Numbered from the whole stretch's first letter, positions 1 through 12,567 are shown. The stretch: DNA of 63,141 bases, filler included, from Octopus bimaculoides (GCF_001194135.2; 8 parts of 8 records of this genome joined end to end with filler, not necessarily neighbours in it); one strand, 5' to 3'. Notes: generated from the letters alone by a model not told the origin. Numbers and translations: made by a program.

Positions 1-48
<48 letters not shown>
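1..48. repeat. (TG)n microsatellite
   Basis: Pure dinucleotide run. Confidence 0.98.
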
Positions 49-50
<2 letters not shown>

Positions 51-52
<2 letters not shown>

Positions 53-195
53 GGCGTGGCTGTGTGTTAAGAAATTTGCTTCCCAACTGCATGGTTCCAG
101 GTTCAGTCCCACAGCGTGGCATCAAGGAAAGTGTTTTCTACTATAGCCTCGAGTCAACCAAAACCTTGTGAGTGGATTCGGCAGACGGAAACTGG
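51..195 (+). mobile_element. SINE family A, 5' part (tRNA-derived head plus CORE-like segment)
   Basis: ggcgtggctgtgtg..aagaa..ttgcttcccaac..atggttcc.ggttcagtccc; same family as 13034-13440, 29951-30349 and 59427-59590. Confidence 0.85.
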
Positions 196-785
196 GCAGT
201 ACCATTCACTCCGACAATGTCAACAGCGTTAAAAGCATAAACAATTACTGGGTATCATAGGAAAACTGCAGGAGCGAAATATTAGCGTAATATGTCCATT
301 ACATCAAAAACTGCTTATTATTGAAATAACATCGAATATGAAATAGTATTAACTATTAGCCACAAAGCTAGAAATTAAAATACAGTATCTATAAAAGGAA
401 GAAATTCTTCCCATAAAGGAGATCGTTATATATATATATAAAAAAAGAAAAAATATAGTACGAAATAGAACCAGCGAAGTAAACGTATTAAACATAACAA
501 CCTATGGAACCACTGATACATAGCATGATAATAAAAACACAAGAAGCAACAAATCAAAAACTTCAAACATAGATTAATAAACTAACATAGATTAACAGAT
601 ATACATTTTTTTTGCTATTCTATAATATTCCAAACATGAAACCAGATCAAACACGAACCGAATCTATTGAAATAATATGCATCTCAACCAATGTCACTGA
701 ACTATCTGCCAGGGAAAAAGACAATATATATTAACTATATATCGAATTATAGAAAAGTAAATTAAACCAATTAATTTGCATATTA

Positions 786-823
<38 letters not shown>

Positions 824-858
824 CACACACACACAAACACAAAACNNNNNNNNNNTTA

Positions 859-896
<38 letters not shown>

Positions 897-1099
897 CACA
901 CACACACAAACACAAAACCCATTTTTCTGTATAATAATTTCTCGTGTTTTCACCTCTCGCTGCACAGACACTGCTTTCCCTCCTCATATTCCTATAGTGT
1001 AACGAATATAGAAACTAGAGGGGAAACCAGTTAAAAACAGACAGGTGACCTAACGTATAAAACGTTAGGTCACATACATTAGGTCGCGTACAAAGGACT

Positions 1100-1310
1100 T
1101 AACGTTTTACAGGAATATTAACGAGTAGAATCGATCTAGTTCATGCAGTATGAAGACAAAACGGTCAACATCCCCATTAATATCATACAATCTCTCAAGT
1201 CCGCCATAACCAGCACTACATCCAAAAGTGATAAAGATCAAAAGATATGGACATGTCAACGCTTTCAATCCTGTATTGATGCAGTGATTGGTGCTAAAGG
1301 TCAAGAAAGA
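1100..1310 (+). mobile_element. Tc1/mariner (maT-like) transposase C-terminal remnant
   Basis: EDKTVNIPINIIQSLKSAITS...CQRFQSCIDAVIGAKG parallels CIRFRSCLEAVLEAKG at about 16570-16620. Confidence 0.6.
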
Positions 1311-1830
1311 AAGATTATGATTGGCCGGACACCATCACATGGAAGGAGGAGAGATGGGTAGGAGGCAGCGGGATTGAAGGATTAGAAAAAAATCAGAGAC
1401 AGGGGAGATAAACGAGTGGGAAATAGTGGGAGTGAAAGAAAAAGAGGGCTAAGAAATGTGATAGAGGGGGAGCGAGAAAAAGGAAGAAAAATGAGAGGGG
1501 GAATAAAAGATAGAGTAAGAGTCGTACCAACTTTAGATACACACCTTCTATAAGGTGAGCACAAGGGTGTACATACGCCGCTATATATATATAAATGGGA
1601 CAAAAACGCAATAGAGGGCATTAAAACGTTCGAACAGATAGACGATATAAAGGCGGAGAAGAGAAACAACAATTAGAAGGACAGGCAAAAAAAGACGGGT
1701 CATTCTTGGCTTTCTTTCATCAGTCAAGTCCCAGAAGTCACAACCATTTCGGGCAGTTACACTTGAGATGGCTCGGGTCTGGTTGCCCAACCAAAAGTCT
1801 AATACATACATACATGCATACATACATACA

Positions 1831-1866
<36 letters not shown>

Positions 1867-2240
1867 TATATATGTGTGTGTGTGAGTACGTATATATATA
1901 TATATATATATATATNNNNNNNNNNNNNNNNNNNNNNNNNNNNNNNNNNNNNNNNNNNNNNNNNNNNNNNNNNNNNNNNNNNNNNNNNNNNNNNNNNNNN
2001 NNNNNNNNNNNNNNNNNNNNNNNNNNNNNNNNNNNNNNNNNNNNNNNNNNNNNNNNNNNNNNNNNNNNNNNNNNNNNNNNNNNNNNNNNNNNNNNNNNNN
2101 NNNNNNNNNNNNNNNNNNNNNNNNNNNNNNNNNNNNNNNNNNNNNNNNNNNNNNNNNNNNNNNNNNNNNNNNNNNNNNNNNNNNNNNNNNNNNNNNNNNN
2201 NNNNNNNNNNNNNNNNNNNNNNNNNNNNNNNNNNNNNNNN

Positions 2241-2307
<67 letters not shown>

Positions 2308-2710
2308 AGCTTACAGTCTTCCTGCAACGTGGCCAGATGTAACGATTCACATCTCTGAAACGAAGAATCATAACATATGCCACATGGAATAAGAAGACAG
2401 CAAAGACCAAGTATCCTCGGGATGTTTATATTCTTGAGTTCTGATTATAGATTTCTACGATTGCCTGACCGAAATCAATCAATTAATCCATCCATCCATC
2501 CATCCATCCATCCATCCATCCATCCATCTAACTGTCTGGCTATCTATCTAATATGTGTGTGTGTGTGTAGGTGTACGTGTGTGTGTATATATATGTATAT
2601 ATATAATATATATCTCCATGTGTGTTTGTATATGTGTATATATATGTATGTATTCATATACGTATATACAAATGTATGTACATATGTGTGTGTATCTGTC
2701 TATATATGTA

Positions 2711-2741
<31 letters not shown>

Positions 2742-3306
2742 NNNNNNNNNNNNNNNNNNNNNNNNNNNNNNNNNNNNNNNNNNNNNNNNNNNNNNNNNNN
2801 NNNNNNNNNNNNNNNNNNNNNNNNNNNNNNNNNNNNNNNNNGAATAAAATTGAGAAGGAACTGACCTGGCCTTTTTCTCTTGTGTATATATGTTTATATA
2901 TATATGTCGGTAGGTTTGTATGTATGAATAAACATGTTTACCAACCTATTTGCAATATGTTTTCGCTTGCATGCATGTGTATGTGCGTGTGAGTGCTTAT
3001 ATTGGTTGAACCTACAGACACAGCCAGCCACACACACACTTATGCAGATATAATCCAAACGAATTAAAAGCTAACGTCCTTAATTCAATATGGATATGTC
3101 TGAAACGTCTTGCTCTATGTACAATGGCTGATTAAACGAAATCGTTATCGATTATTCTTCATGTGCTTGTTCTTAGTGTGTTTTGTATTTCTATCTAGTT
3201 ATTATTATTCCTTAAAAAAAAAATTATGCATGTATGAATGTACGCATATGTATACATGTAAGCACGTGGATGTACGTACGTATATATCAATATATGTGTA
3301 CACAAC

Positions 3307-3538
3307 AGGCGGCGAGCTGGCAGAAACGTTAGCACTATGGGCGAAATGCTTACCGGTATTTCGTCTGTCTTTATGTTCTGAGTTCAAATTCCGCCGAGGT
3401 CAACTTTGCCTTTCATCCTTTCGGGGTCGATAAATAAAGTACCAGTTACGCACTGGCGTCGATGTAATCGACTTAATCCGTTTGTCTGTACGTGTCTGTC
3501 CCCTCTATGTTTAGTCCCTTCTGGGCAATAAAGAAATA
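3307..3538 (+). mobile_element. SINE family B, full length
   Basis: tRNA-like head ggcggcgagctggcagaa...gagttcaaattccg, central gcctttcatcctttcggggtcgataaa, tail ...ggcaataaagaaata; near-identical to 6531-6764. Confidence 0.9.
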
Positions 3539-3539
3539 T

Positions 3540-4020
3540 ATATCAGTATATGTGTACATGTGTCTACGTACGTGTATGTATGTACACACGCGCGCACACA
3601 CACACACATATATACGTATATGTACATGTATATATGTACATGTATGTACTTATGTATTTATGTATGTGTTTATGTATGTATGTATGTACGTGCGTATATA
3701 TGTACGTATGTATATATCTACATGTATGTATGTATGAACGTACGCACGTACGTATGTGTGTATATGTATGGGTATAAGTATGCATATATGCATTAATATT
3801 ATATATGTACGCAACTATGTATGTACGTATATATGCATCAATGCAAGAATGTATAATTGTAAAAATGAATGTACGTACGCATGTATGTACGTATGTATGT
3901 ATGTACGTATGCATGTATGTATGTACGTATGTATGTATACATATATGAGTGTAAGTCTGTATGTATGAACGAATACATGTGTGATTGCAAGAATGTAAGT
4001 AAAAGTCTATGTAAGTATCT
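3540..4020. repeat. Degenerate (TATG/TACG)n compound microsatellite
   Basis: Continuous gtat/gtac repeats. Confidence 0.9.
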
Positions 4021-4024
4021 TCCA

Positions 4025-4139
4025 TCTTTTACTTGTTTCAGTCATTGGACTGCAGCCATGCTGGGGTACTAACTTGAGGGGTTTAGTCGAATAAATCGAC
4101 TCCATTTCTTACATATTTTGTAAGTCTGCTACTTAATCC
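4025..4139 (-). mobile_element. SINE family A, 3' part
   Basis: cttttacttgtttcagtcattggactgcagccatgctgg matches the tail of the copy at 29951. Confidence 0.8.
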
Positions 4140-4920
4140 ACCGGCTTGTTTTAATTTCTGTAACATCATTATGAAATAATGCCCCATGACCTATTGAAAT
4201 ATCCTGATCACACATAAATACTGCCCTTAGCATTGCCGTCTATCCAGGTTCCTAGTATCATATACTCAATTTACTGGGGTTTTTAGGAGGTTGATTGTAG
4301 AGTGTTTTACACTTTCTAACATTGAACTGAGTGTATTTTTTTTTATCAGCCTACCTTTATATGGCTTTTAGATTTTCAATAGGTTATTGGCATTATCAGA
4401 ACTCTTGATTGCCTTTGACATTTTGTTAATATCAGTAATTGAAAATGGCTGTTCTTATGACTGCAGATATGTCTGAGAGAGAGGCACTATAAACAGTAAT
4501 GGCTCCACGACGATGAATTCTTTGAGACGAAATTACGTGTGTGCTTTTCCTTACACAAAAACGTTAGCAAGTTAACTTTTATTCCCTAAAAAGTCACGCA
4601 ATTGCTTTCCTAGTTTTCCAGCCATATCAACACAACTTAACTTATGATGTATTATTCTACGATGCTTCAGTCTTTAGCATGTTCGTAATGCTATAGATGT
4701 GTGTACTATATTAATGTATGAAGCAGCGTTTATTCGGATTAGATGTATACAATTAATGGTCATTCACCAGAATAACATTGGTTGTTGGTCCGTACAGTAT
4801 TGTCGCAGATATTGACCGGTATACTCATTGGTTATTGACTAGTACAATAATTGATATTGTCCAGTTTTTGAAGCATCCCAGAGATCAATCTCTCCCGCAC
4901 ACACACACACACACACACAC

Positions 4921-5414
4921 AAATGGGCTACATGACAGGTCTTGATTACTTGGCTCGGCTTGAGGCGCTCAAACTGTATTCCCTCCAATGTTGCCGTGAG
5001 CACTATATCATGTGCATGATGTGAAAAACATTCCACCGACATTGCCAAGATGATGTTGGTCCCCGTATCATCCATCTTCTGCAAAAATCATGCTTACGTC
5101 ACATCACAACACTAAGACAGAACAATTTCACCTCAACTGGCCCGGCACTCTTTAACATTCTACCAAGACAAACAAGGGGGAAAAAAGACCCAATAGCATT
5201 CGAACGGTTCCTGAACAAATTCCTTCTACAAATTCCAGACAAACCACGGACAGCCGTATACATTACTGCAAACAGTAACTCTTTACTCGAATGGGCTATA
5301 GTGTCCAAAGTAAGAGGTAACATGAAACATGATTAAATACCTTCTCCAGATGGTGCTTTTAAGTTCATCTTGGCCTGAGCCAATTCTGGCTGAGACCTAA
5401 CAAAGTATTCAAAC
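4921..5414 (+). mobile_element. CR1/L2-type LINE 3' end (degenerate RT C-terminus)
   Basis: DYLARLEALKLYSLQCCREHY...TGPALFNILP...FERFLNKFLLQIPDKP...NSLLEW is the typical CR1-group ORF2 end. Confidence 0.7.
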
Positions 5415-5444
5415 TATCAAACTACAGTCATTGGTCATTGCCTA

Positions 5445-5530
5445 GTATAGTCATTGCTTATTAAGCCGTATAGTCATTAGCTATTCATGAGTATAGCCAA
5501 CAGCTATTGATCAGTATAGTAATTGGTTAT
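5445..5530. repeat. Degenerate 23-bp minisatellite, about 4 units
   Basis: GTATAG recurs at 5445, 5468, 5491 and 5514. Confidence 0.8.
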
Positions 5531-5789
5531 TCTCCCGTCTAGTCAATTATTCTCATTTACTAAGAGGAACATTCTCAAGCGAGTAATTTTTTTAATGTCT
5601 CATGAGAATATTTATGTCTTTGGGAATAGTATTATCAAAAATTTCGACCCTTCACTCTGGAACAATTTAAAGTATAAAACCTGTGTACGTGTGTGTGTGT
5701 GTGGGGGATAAAGTTTGGAGGGGTTAATGCATACATACATACATGCATATATACATACATGCAGACAGACATACATACATCCTGCAGAA

Positions 5790-6805
5790 AACAAATGGTT
5801 AATGCTAGGATCTTCAACTTCTAGAAATATCAATGTAACTCATAATTTCTTTGTAGACGACCTCAAGAGTTATGCTAAAAGGGTTAACAATGCCAAAAAA
5901 ACAACTGGAATTAATAACATTTTCAGCTGATATAGGCATGGAATTTGGCCAAAAGAAATGTTCATATTTGGTAACAGAACGAGGAAAGTCAGTCTCCCAA
6001 ACCCCAAACATGAGCATCAACGATCTCTCTATCTCCCCCATTCCACACAAAGAATGTTACAGGTACCTAGGCACAGACGAAAAGGTATCATATGAAGGCA
6101 TTGTGAATAAAGAAAGAGTGAACCGAGAATATTACACCAGACTTAAGAAAATATGGCAGTCGGAACTCTCTTCTTACAACAAAACAATACCCACAATCCA
6201 TTTGCAGTACCAGTGCTGATCCCAACGTTTGGGATACTTGATTGGTCTGTAGGGGAAATCCACTCCATAAATATCAAAACCCTCAAAATCCTGACAACAA
6301 CTGGGAACTTCCACAGAAATAATGATGTTGACAGGCTCTACCTAGGAAGAAATGAAGCTGGTAGAGGCCTGAGATCAGTGCCGACGGCCTTCGAATGCCG
6401 TATGATATCACCAGGCAGCACCTGATAAACAACAGTAGTAAAAATAAACGTATAAATGCAGTGGTGAAAAGTGAAGTGAGAAACATTGTACAAGTTGGTA
6501 GTGAGCTCCCCAAGATGCACTCTCTTCTTGGCGGTGATCTGGCAGAATCGTTAGTGCGCCAGGCGAAATGCTTAGCAGTATTTCGTCTACCGTTACGTTC
6601 TGAGTTCAAATTCCGCCGAGGTCGACTTTGCCTTTCATCCTTTCGGGGTCGATTAAATAAGTACCAGTTATGCACTGGGGTCGATATAATCGACTTAATC
6701 CGTTTGTCTGTCCTTGTTTGTCCCCTCTATGTTTATCCCCTTGTGGGCAATAAAGAAATAAGAAGCACTCTCTTCCTGATGACCTCCTATACAGCCCCAA
6801 AACAG
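5790..6805 (+). mobile_element. R4/Dong-clade non-LTR retrotransposon RT fragment (frameshifted, interrupted by a SINE)
   Basis: FVDDLKSY, FSADIGMEFG..KC, YRYLG, DVDRLYL.R..GRGL motifs. Confidence 0.8.
6531..6764 (+). mobile_element. SINE family B with 14-bp TSD
   Basis: TSD gcactctcttcttg (6517-6530) / gcactctcttcctg (6765-6778). Confidence 0.92.
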
Positions 6806-7499
6806 GTGGTCCCCCAGCATGGCCGCAGTCTAAATGACTGAAACAAGTTAAAGGTAAAAGACGTGTGTGTGTGTGTGTGTAAATATATGTGGATTTGACT
6901 GTTTCGTTCGTGAATGTCTGTGTGAATGCATGAACAAATAACGGTTGTGATTGCCAGCAGAGTTTCGTCAAATCGAATCAACGACGCTCTGCTTGCAGTT
7001 GTTCGATTCTCAGATAAGCTGTAGTTGTAAATATAATTTACGAGTATTTCGTTTAGAATCGTTCTGTATTAGTTTCGTTGAATCTTACGGGTCTATATGG
7101 CTTTCAGAGGAACCATTCTGATAGCAATATCAAGCTTCGACTGATTTCTCCGATAAAGAAACGTTTAGCGAGCGATTCGTTTAAACGAACAGATGTGAGA
7201 TAAATAAATATCGATCGGTTAGATCAGATGATATCGGTTGATACTAGGACGATGGAGGGATGAGTTTGTGCCGGACTATATGCCCTAACAGGATATTACT
7301 TTCGTCGTTAGATTCCAATCTCAAGCTTCCAGCCAATGAGGAAATAAACTCTACAACATAAATTGAATATTGTCTTCTCATGTCTTTTACAAACACCAAC
7401 TCACGTGTACATACATAATGCATACATTATAAAAAAGCTGATGGTGGAAATAGCACAGAATTAAGTCTAAGACATTTCAGTTTAAGAGGGAATTTAATG

Positions 7500-7730
7500 A
7501 AATATTATAAAAATAAAAACATTAATATTACCGGTTTCGATCTATTTCATCTTATCAAATACTAGTAAATATGTATAAAAATTTGAAAAGTTTGAAGTAA
7601 AAGCAATCTATCTTCTGTTTGGGGTCAAGAAATTGTCTGGAGATTTTTTGTTTGAAGTTTTCTTTAAATGTAGTTTGATGTAGAATTCAAAGTGTTAGAG
7701 GGTGAGAGAAGGGATGTTTATTGTCTAAAA
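7500..7730 (-). mobile_element. Penelope-like element remnant (end of GIY-YIG region plus decayed hammerhead)
   Basis: Minus strand LDNKHPFSHP..ILHQTT.., followed by the minimal hammerhead architecture at 7524-7563. Confidence 0.55.
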
Positions 7731-10108
7731 CAGGCGTCGGCAACTTTTTGATAATGGAGTGCCAAACCTAGCTTCCAAAAGCATTGCGCATGCCAACCTA
7801 ATATCACTATTTTTATTAGAAGAGTTTACGCTCTTGAAACTCGCAAAAAGAAATCTATGTTATTAACCCTTTAATAATTCAAATTTCGTGGAAACAAATA
7901 TAATTTTATTTAAAAAATTAATTAAAAACATTTTTTCAAATTATAAACAACAGAACAAAATTATAAACAAGGTATAAACAATAGTTACATTAAATTTCTA
8001 TAAATTAATGAGAACTTTGTCCATGTACTTTTTATATTTAATTTCTCAATATCAGGTGCATAATTTGTGACTTAAAGCTTCACGCAAGCTTCCGAATGTT
8101 GAATTGTCAGACAACTTCCTTGTGGACTCAAAAAAGATTTCATATGTGAAAAAATTTGTTCGCAGGTATATGTTGAGCCAAAAGCTGAAAGCAGGGCATA
8201 TGAGATTTTCTTCAAAGAATTGAATCTTTCAGGCAACGACATCTAGCTTCTTTCAAGAATTTTTAATAATTCCACAATTTTGTTTACCATAATTCTGAAG
8301 TTGTTAATTCAATCATTTCCATTTCAAGACTATCGACGTGCATCCACTCAAAAAGTGATAGAAATGGGTTCGTTTTCAAATCAGTCAAGTTGGGTTTGAT
8401 GAGAAAGAAATGTATAGGAGCGTAAATTTCGAAATTTTTACCTCGCTTGGAAAATTCTTCTTTCAACGTTGCAATATATTTTTGAAGTTCATTTTTATTA
8501 ACATTAAATCGATTTGAATAAGCTTTTACATTTGGAAAGTATTTATAAGTGTTGCTATGTATATCACGCCAAAAGATATCTAATATAAACAAAAATCCTT
8601 TCAAGTGTTCAAAAAGATCAAGTACTGTTTGATCCCTTCCTTGTAAATGCAAATTTAAATCATTCAAGTGTTTGCTTATAAACATCAATTTGCTTAGAAA
8701 CATCAATTTAAATAACCAGTCTTCATTGTTCAATTCTGGGAAATGTTTCTCTTCAAAAAATATTTTGATTTCTTCTAAGCATGATACAAATTTGTTCAAA
8801 ACATTACCCCGATTAACCCAACAGACATTACTGTGTAGTGGGAGGTCTGCATATTCGCTGTCTAATTCTTGCAGAAAGGACTTCAATTGTCTGTGAGTCA
8901 GTGAAGAGCGAGAAACTATGAAGCTAACTATTTTAACAACAGTCTCCATGACAGAACTCAAGCTTTGTGACGAAATTTTTGCAGTTAAATTTTCCTGATG
9001 TCAACCGGCCTGTTTTAATTTCTGTAATATCATTATGAAATGATGCCCCATGATCTATTGAAATATCCTGATCACACATAAATCCTGCCCTTAGCATTTT
9101 AACAGCAATTAAAACTCATTACATTGCGTCCAATATAATTTTCAAGAAGCTTAACAAATCTTTTTCCCTTTCCAATCATTGCACGTGCACCATCAGTAGT
9201 AATACAAAATATTCTATTTATATTAATTCCTTGATTTTCGAAATAATTTACAAATGCAGTCAGAATATCCTGTCCAGTAGTTGTATTGGTAAGAGGAATC
9301 AAAGAACAGAATTCTTCATAAATACGATCATTGTCACAGTACCTTGCAGCAATTGCTAGGCGCGCTATGTCATTCACGTCGGTACTTTCATCGACAGCGG
9401 TTCTAGGAAAGTTCGCCGTAAGACAATTTTGCCGCAAAACAAAAGTTAAGTTGCCCGCCTTAATTCATGATTGTTTCAACCAATAAGAAGTGGTAAAGCA
9501 ATTGGATCTAGTTAATTTCATTCGCAAAATCAGCCCCCTTTAATTTTGCTCAGATTGTTTTCAATTTTGGTGTAACTTAAATTAAAGAATCTGATGTTAT
9601 TTGGAATTAAATTTGGGAATTTTAGCCAATCAGCAGACAGTGAGGCATTAACATCTTGTTACCACGGCGACACTGAATGCAGCAGCTTTTTGTAATCCAA
9701 CTTTTTGTTTTATTGATCTTGCAGAAGCTGGTATTTCTTGAATTCGAGACAGTATTGTTCCAGCATTTGGTAAATCACAGAACAAAATGTTTGCACTTCT
9801 CAGAATAGCTTTTTTGATAAATTCTCCATCTGTAAAAGGTTTACCTTTCTCAGCTATACATTGAGCAATTGTGTAACTACATTCGTTGACTTTATTTTTG
9901 GTTCCAAGAATTTGAACAAAAGCAGAAGTGCATTTTTTGTAACTAGAAATAGCCCTTTTTATGGCTTCACTTTTCTAATCGGAGTTTTTAAATGTAGTCT
10001 GGTGTCTAGTTTGATAGTGTCTTTGTGCAATTGATGTACGACATACGACAGATTTACAACAGAATGCACGCACAGCACGATCATTTTGCTGTACAAATCT
10101 ATACTCAG
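7731..10108 (-). mobile_element. hAT (Buster/Charlie, GTF2IRD2/ZBED8-like) DNA transposon; one TIR visible, other end lost in or beyond the gap
   Basis: TIR-like caggcgtcggcaac at 7731, preceded by gtctaaaa (fits the NTCTAGAN-type target); encloses a transposase pseudogene. Confidence 0.8.
8030..10100 (-). pseudogene. Disrupted hAT transposase
   Basis: BED-like C..C...RHYQTRH; AVDESTDVNDIARLAI; ITTDGARAMIG; HQENLTAK; VRW-like VCW motif; dimerisation-domain end EACVKL.VTNYAPDIEKL; several stops and frameshifts. Confidence 0.85.
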
Positions 10109-10152
10109 NNNNNNNNNNNNNNNNNNNNNNNNNNNNNNNNNNNNNNNNNNNN

Positions 10153-10164
10153 TTAATTAATTAA
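10153..10164. other. Scaffolding linker TTAATTAATTAA inside N runs (also at 19578, 25305, 32682, 34786, 58048, 61332)
   Basis: Identical 12-mer centred in seven gaps; gives stop codons in all six frames. Confidence 0.95.
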
Positions 10165-10208
10165 NNNNNNNNNNNNNNNNNNNNNNNNNNNNNNNNNNNN
10201 NNNNNNNN

Positions 10209-10914
10209 CTGGTACAACATGTCTCCCCGATCCGGACAAGCGGAAGAGTCAGTGCCGCACAGAGCGGCGTTCAAATATGAATGGAGGCATCCCAGTAAGA
10301 CGCCGGAGTTCTGCGAGGAAGAGAAGGGACCCGCCGGCGTAAAAGTAGGGGAGGAAGTTTGGGTCAAGCTGCCGAAGGCACGCTGCACATCACAATGGGG
10401 CAGGGGAACAGTGACAGTGGTCAATTCCAGAAACAATGTATCTGTGGATGGAATGCCGCGTCACGTGCTGGATCTGCGCAGGATAGCCACTTCGTTGGAC
10501 GAAGAGTGCGATGGAAACGAGCCACCTAGCTTGAGAAGATCTTGACGTGTAGGGCGTCCGCCCGGTTGGATGGCGGACTTCGAATTGGAGTAGGGGTGAA
10601 CGTGATCTTTAAGATCAGGGTGGCGTGTGGTATGACGTCAGTGTCTGAGGAGGCTGACCGGAAGGGCGAGTTGACCGGAAGGGGAAATAGGGCAGAGGGA
10701 TCCTCGATCGGGATTCGTGCTCTTTTTCGAATGGGGTTGTGGTCAGGACAAGACGTGTTAAGCGACGGTCTAGGTTTGGGAGAGGCAGCTGCTATTCCTG
10801 GTGTACTTTGGGTCGGGGCAAGCTTCAAGGATTGGATACCGCAAGACAGACTCGCAGTCGAGGAAAGGAAAACCGAGGTAAGGCGATTACATCTACTCGT
10901 ACGCACACACCACA
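10209..10914 (+). mobile_element. Gypsy-type LTR retrotransposon 3' end: integrase C-terminus, PPT-like tract, 289-bp LTR (10626-10914)
   Basis: GEEVWVK.P.ARCTSQW.RGTVT.VNS.NNVSVDG.PRH and LRRS.R..RPP.W motifs; LTR bounded by TGTGGT...ACCACA; GC-rich relative to flanks. Confidence 0.75.
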
Positions 10915-11249
10915 TTAATTAGTTTACGTACTTATGTTTTTGTGTACTCGGATATAGCCCAACACTTTTAATGAGTATTACTTACTTGGGTGTAATCCAG
11001 CGCTTTGTCAGTGTGGCAAGCATGTTTACACGTGTTGTGCGAGTGATGGAGGTGACATACAATTAAAATGCATTGTTTCATTCGGAAAATAGAAATAGAT
11101 TTTAAAGAGTATTACTTACTTAGATATAGTCCAACATTTTGTCAGTTATTTTAGCCTCCATTTGTTGTCTTTATTCCCAATGTTTTTGAATAGATTTCAG
11201 AGCAGTGTTTTATTGCTCTCACATGTTAAACATCCCCGATGTTCTCTCT

Positions 11250-11275
11250 TTTTATTATTATCATTATTATTATTA

Positions 11276-11325
<50 letters not shown>

Positions 11326-11600
11326 GGCTTTGCACAGCTTCTAATGCTGGAGATGTACTACAGTGTCAGCTGTTCACTACCAGTGAACTAAAGTAACGCC
11401 TCTCATTTTTCAAGCACCTTCGGGAGTATTCGAGTGGCTCCAAGCAGTGTTGTTTTCTGCAAGTGCTTCTCCCTTATTGCAGCCCCTATTTGTTCTATGT
11501 ACTTCTCGAGATTTTTGCTTACTGTTCTCAGGGTTCCAACAATTATTGGTACTACTGCTACCTTTTTCATTGACCACAACTACTTAACTTCGCAAGCTAA
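11250..11600 (-). mobile_element. R4/Dong-like LINE 3' end with (AAT)n tail
   Basis: VAVVPIIVGTLRTVSKNLEKYIEQIG...LQKTTLLGATRILPKVLE, then a 3' UTR and the (TTA)n tract on +. Confidence 0.7.
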
Positions 11601-11689
11601 CCTGTCATTATCTCTCAACTTATTATTATTATTATTTTTCTTTTTTCTTCTTACACAGGGGTAAAATATACGAAGCCCATTATACCCAT

Positions 11690-12095
11690 CATGACTACCT
11701 GTCTGATAAGGGTACACCAGGCACATGCATCACAACCATATGTGCGTGACATTGTGATCTCATATCAAGATAAACAGCGCATAACCTCGCAGGTGGGGGC
11801 CCTGTTAGAATTTTTTTCAGGTCGAGTAGCCCATCCTGCTCAAAAGGTCCCTGAATAAGGTTTGTTTAAGGATGTTGAGCAAAACACCCATGTTTCCAAA
11901 GGTGAATTATCCAAACCCCAAAGAACTCCTCTCAACACATGGCTATGATGCTCCCCCACTACTTCTGCTCATGATCAGAGATGCACATATCGTCAGCCAC
12001 CAAGGGACATGCTCAACTGGTTTAGGTCAAACAACTGACAAGCAAATCTGTGGTATTAAGCAGAATATTTGCTGTAGCCTATCTTTTATACCAAG
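11690..12095. mobile_element. Unclassified interspersed repeat (family E), copy 1
   Basis: ctctc.acacatggctatgatgctcc.ccactact is shared in reverse complement with 20835-21025. Confidence 0.65.
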
Positions 12096-12099
12096 ACAA

Positions 12100-12136
<37 letters not shown>

Positions 12137-12567
12137 TCTACTGTATGTTTTTTACTTGTATTGTTCATGCATGGTTTCATTCTTCATTGTTTATACATTT
12201 TTTCAGTCTATCATAAGTATCTTAATAAGGTAGTTAATCAAGATAATTCAACATGAAGCTGTTCTTATAACAACCTAAGAACATCATAGAGCTGCAATTT
12301 AATCAGATATCTTTGAAGTCCTATTAAAGTTGCTTAATGCTTTATTTTTTTTTAAAGGAATCCCCTTTTTATCATTAATTAACTGTATGTATGCAAGTTC
12401 ATTATCTATTGAAATTGAGAGTATGTATGCATGTGCATATGTATGCATGTGCATATGCATGCATGTCTGTCTGTCTATCTGTCTGTCTGTATGTATGTTT
12501 GCATGTATGTATGTATATGTGTATGTATGTATGTATGTATGTATGTATTTATATATGTATGTACATA

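Noticed and set aside
1700-1765. Minus-strand GAAA...CTGATGA as a type II hammerhead
   Set aside because: Stems I and III do not pair.
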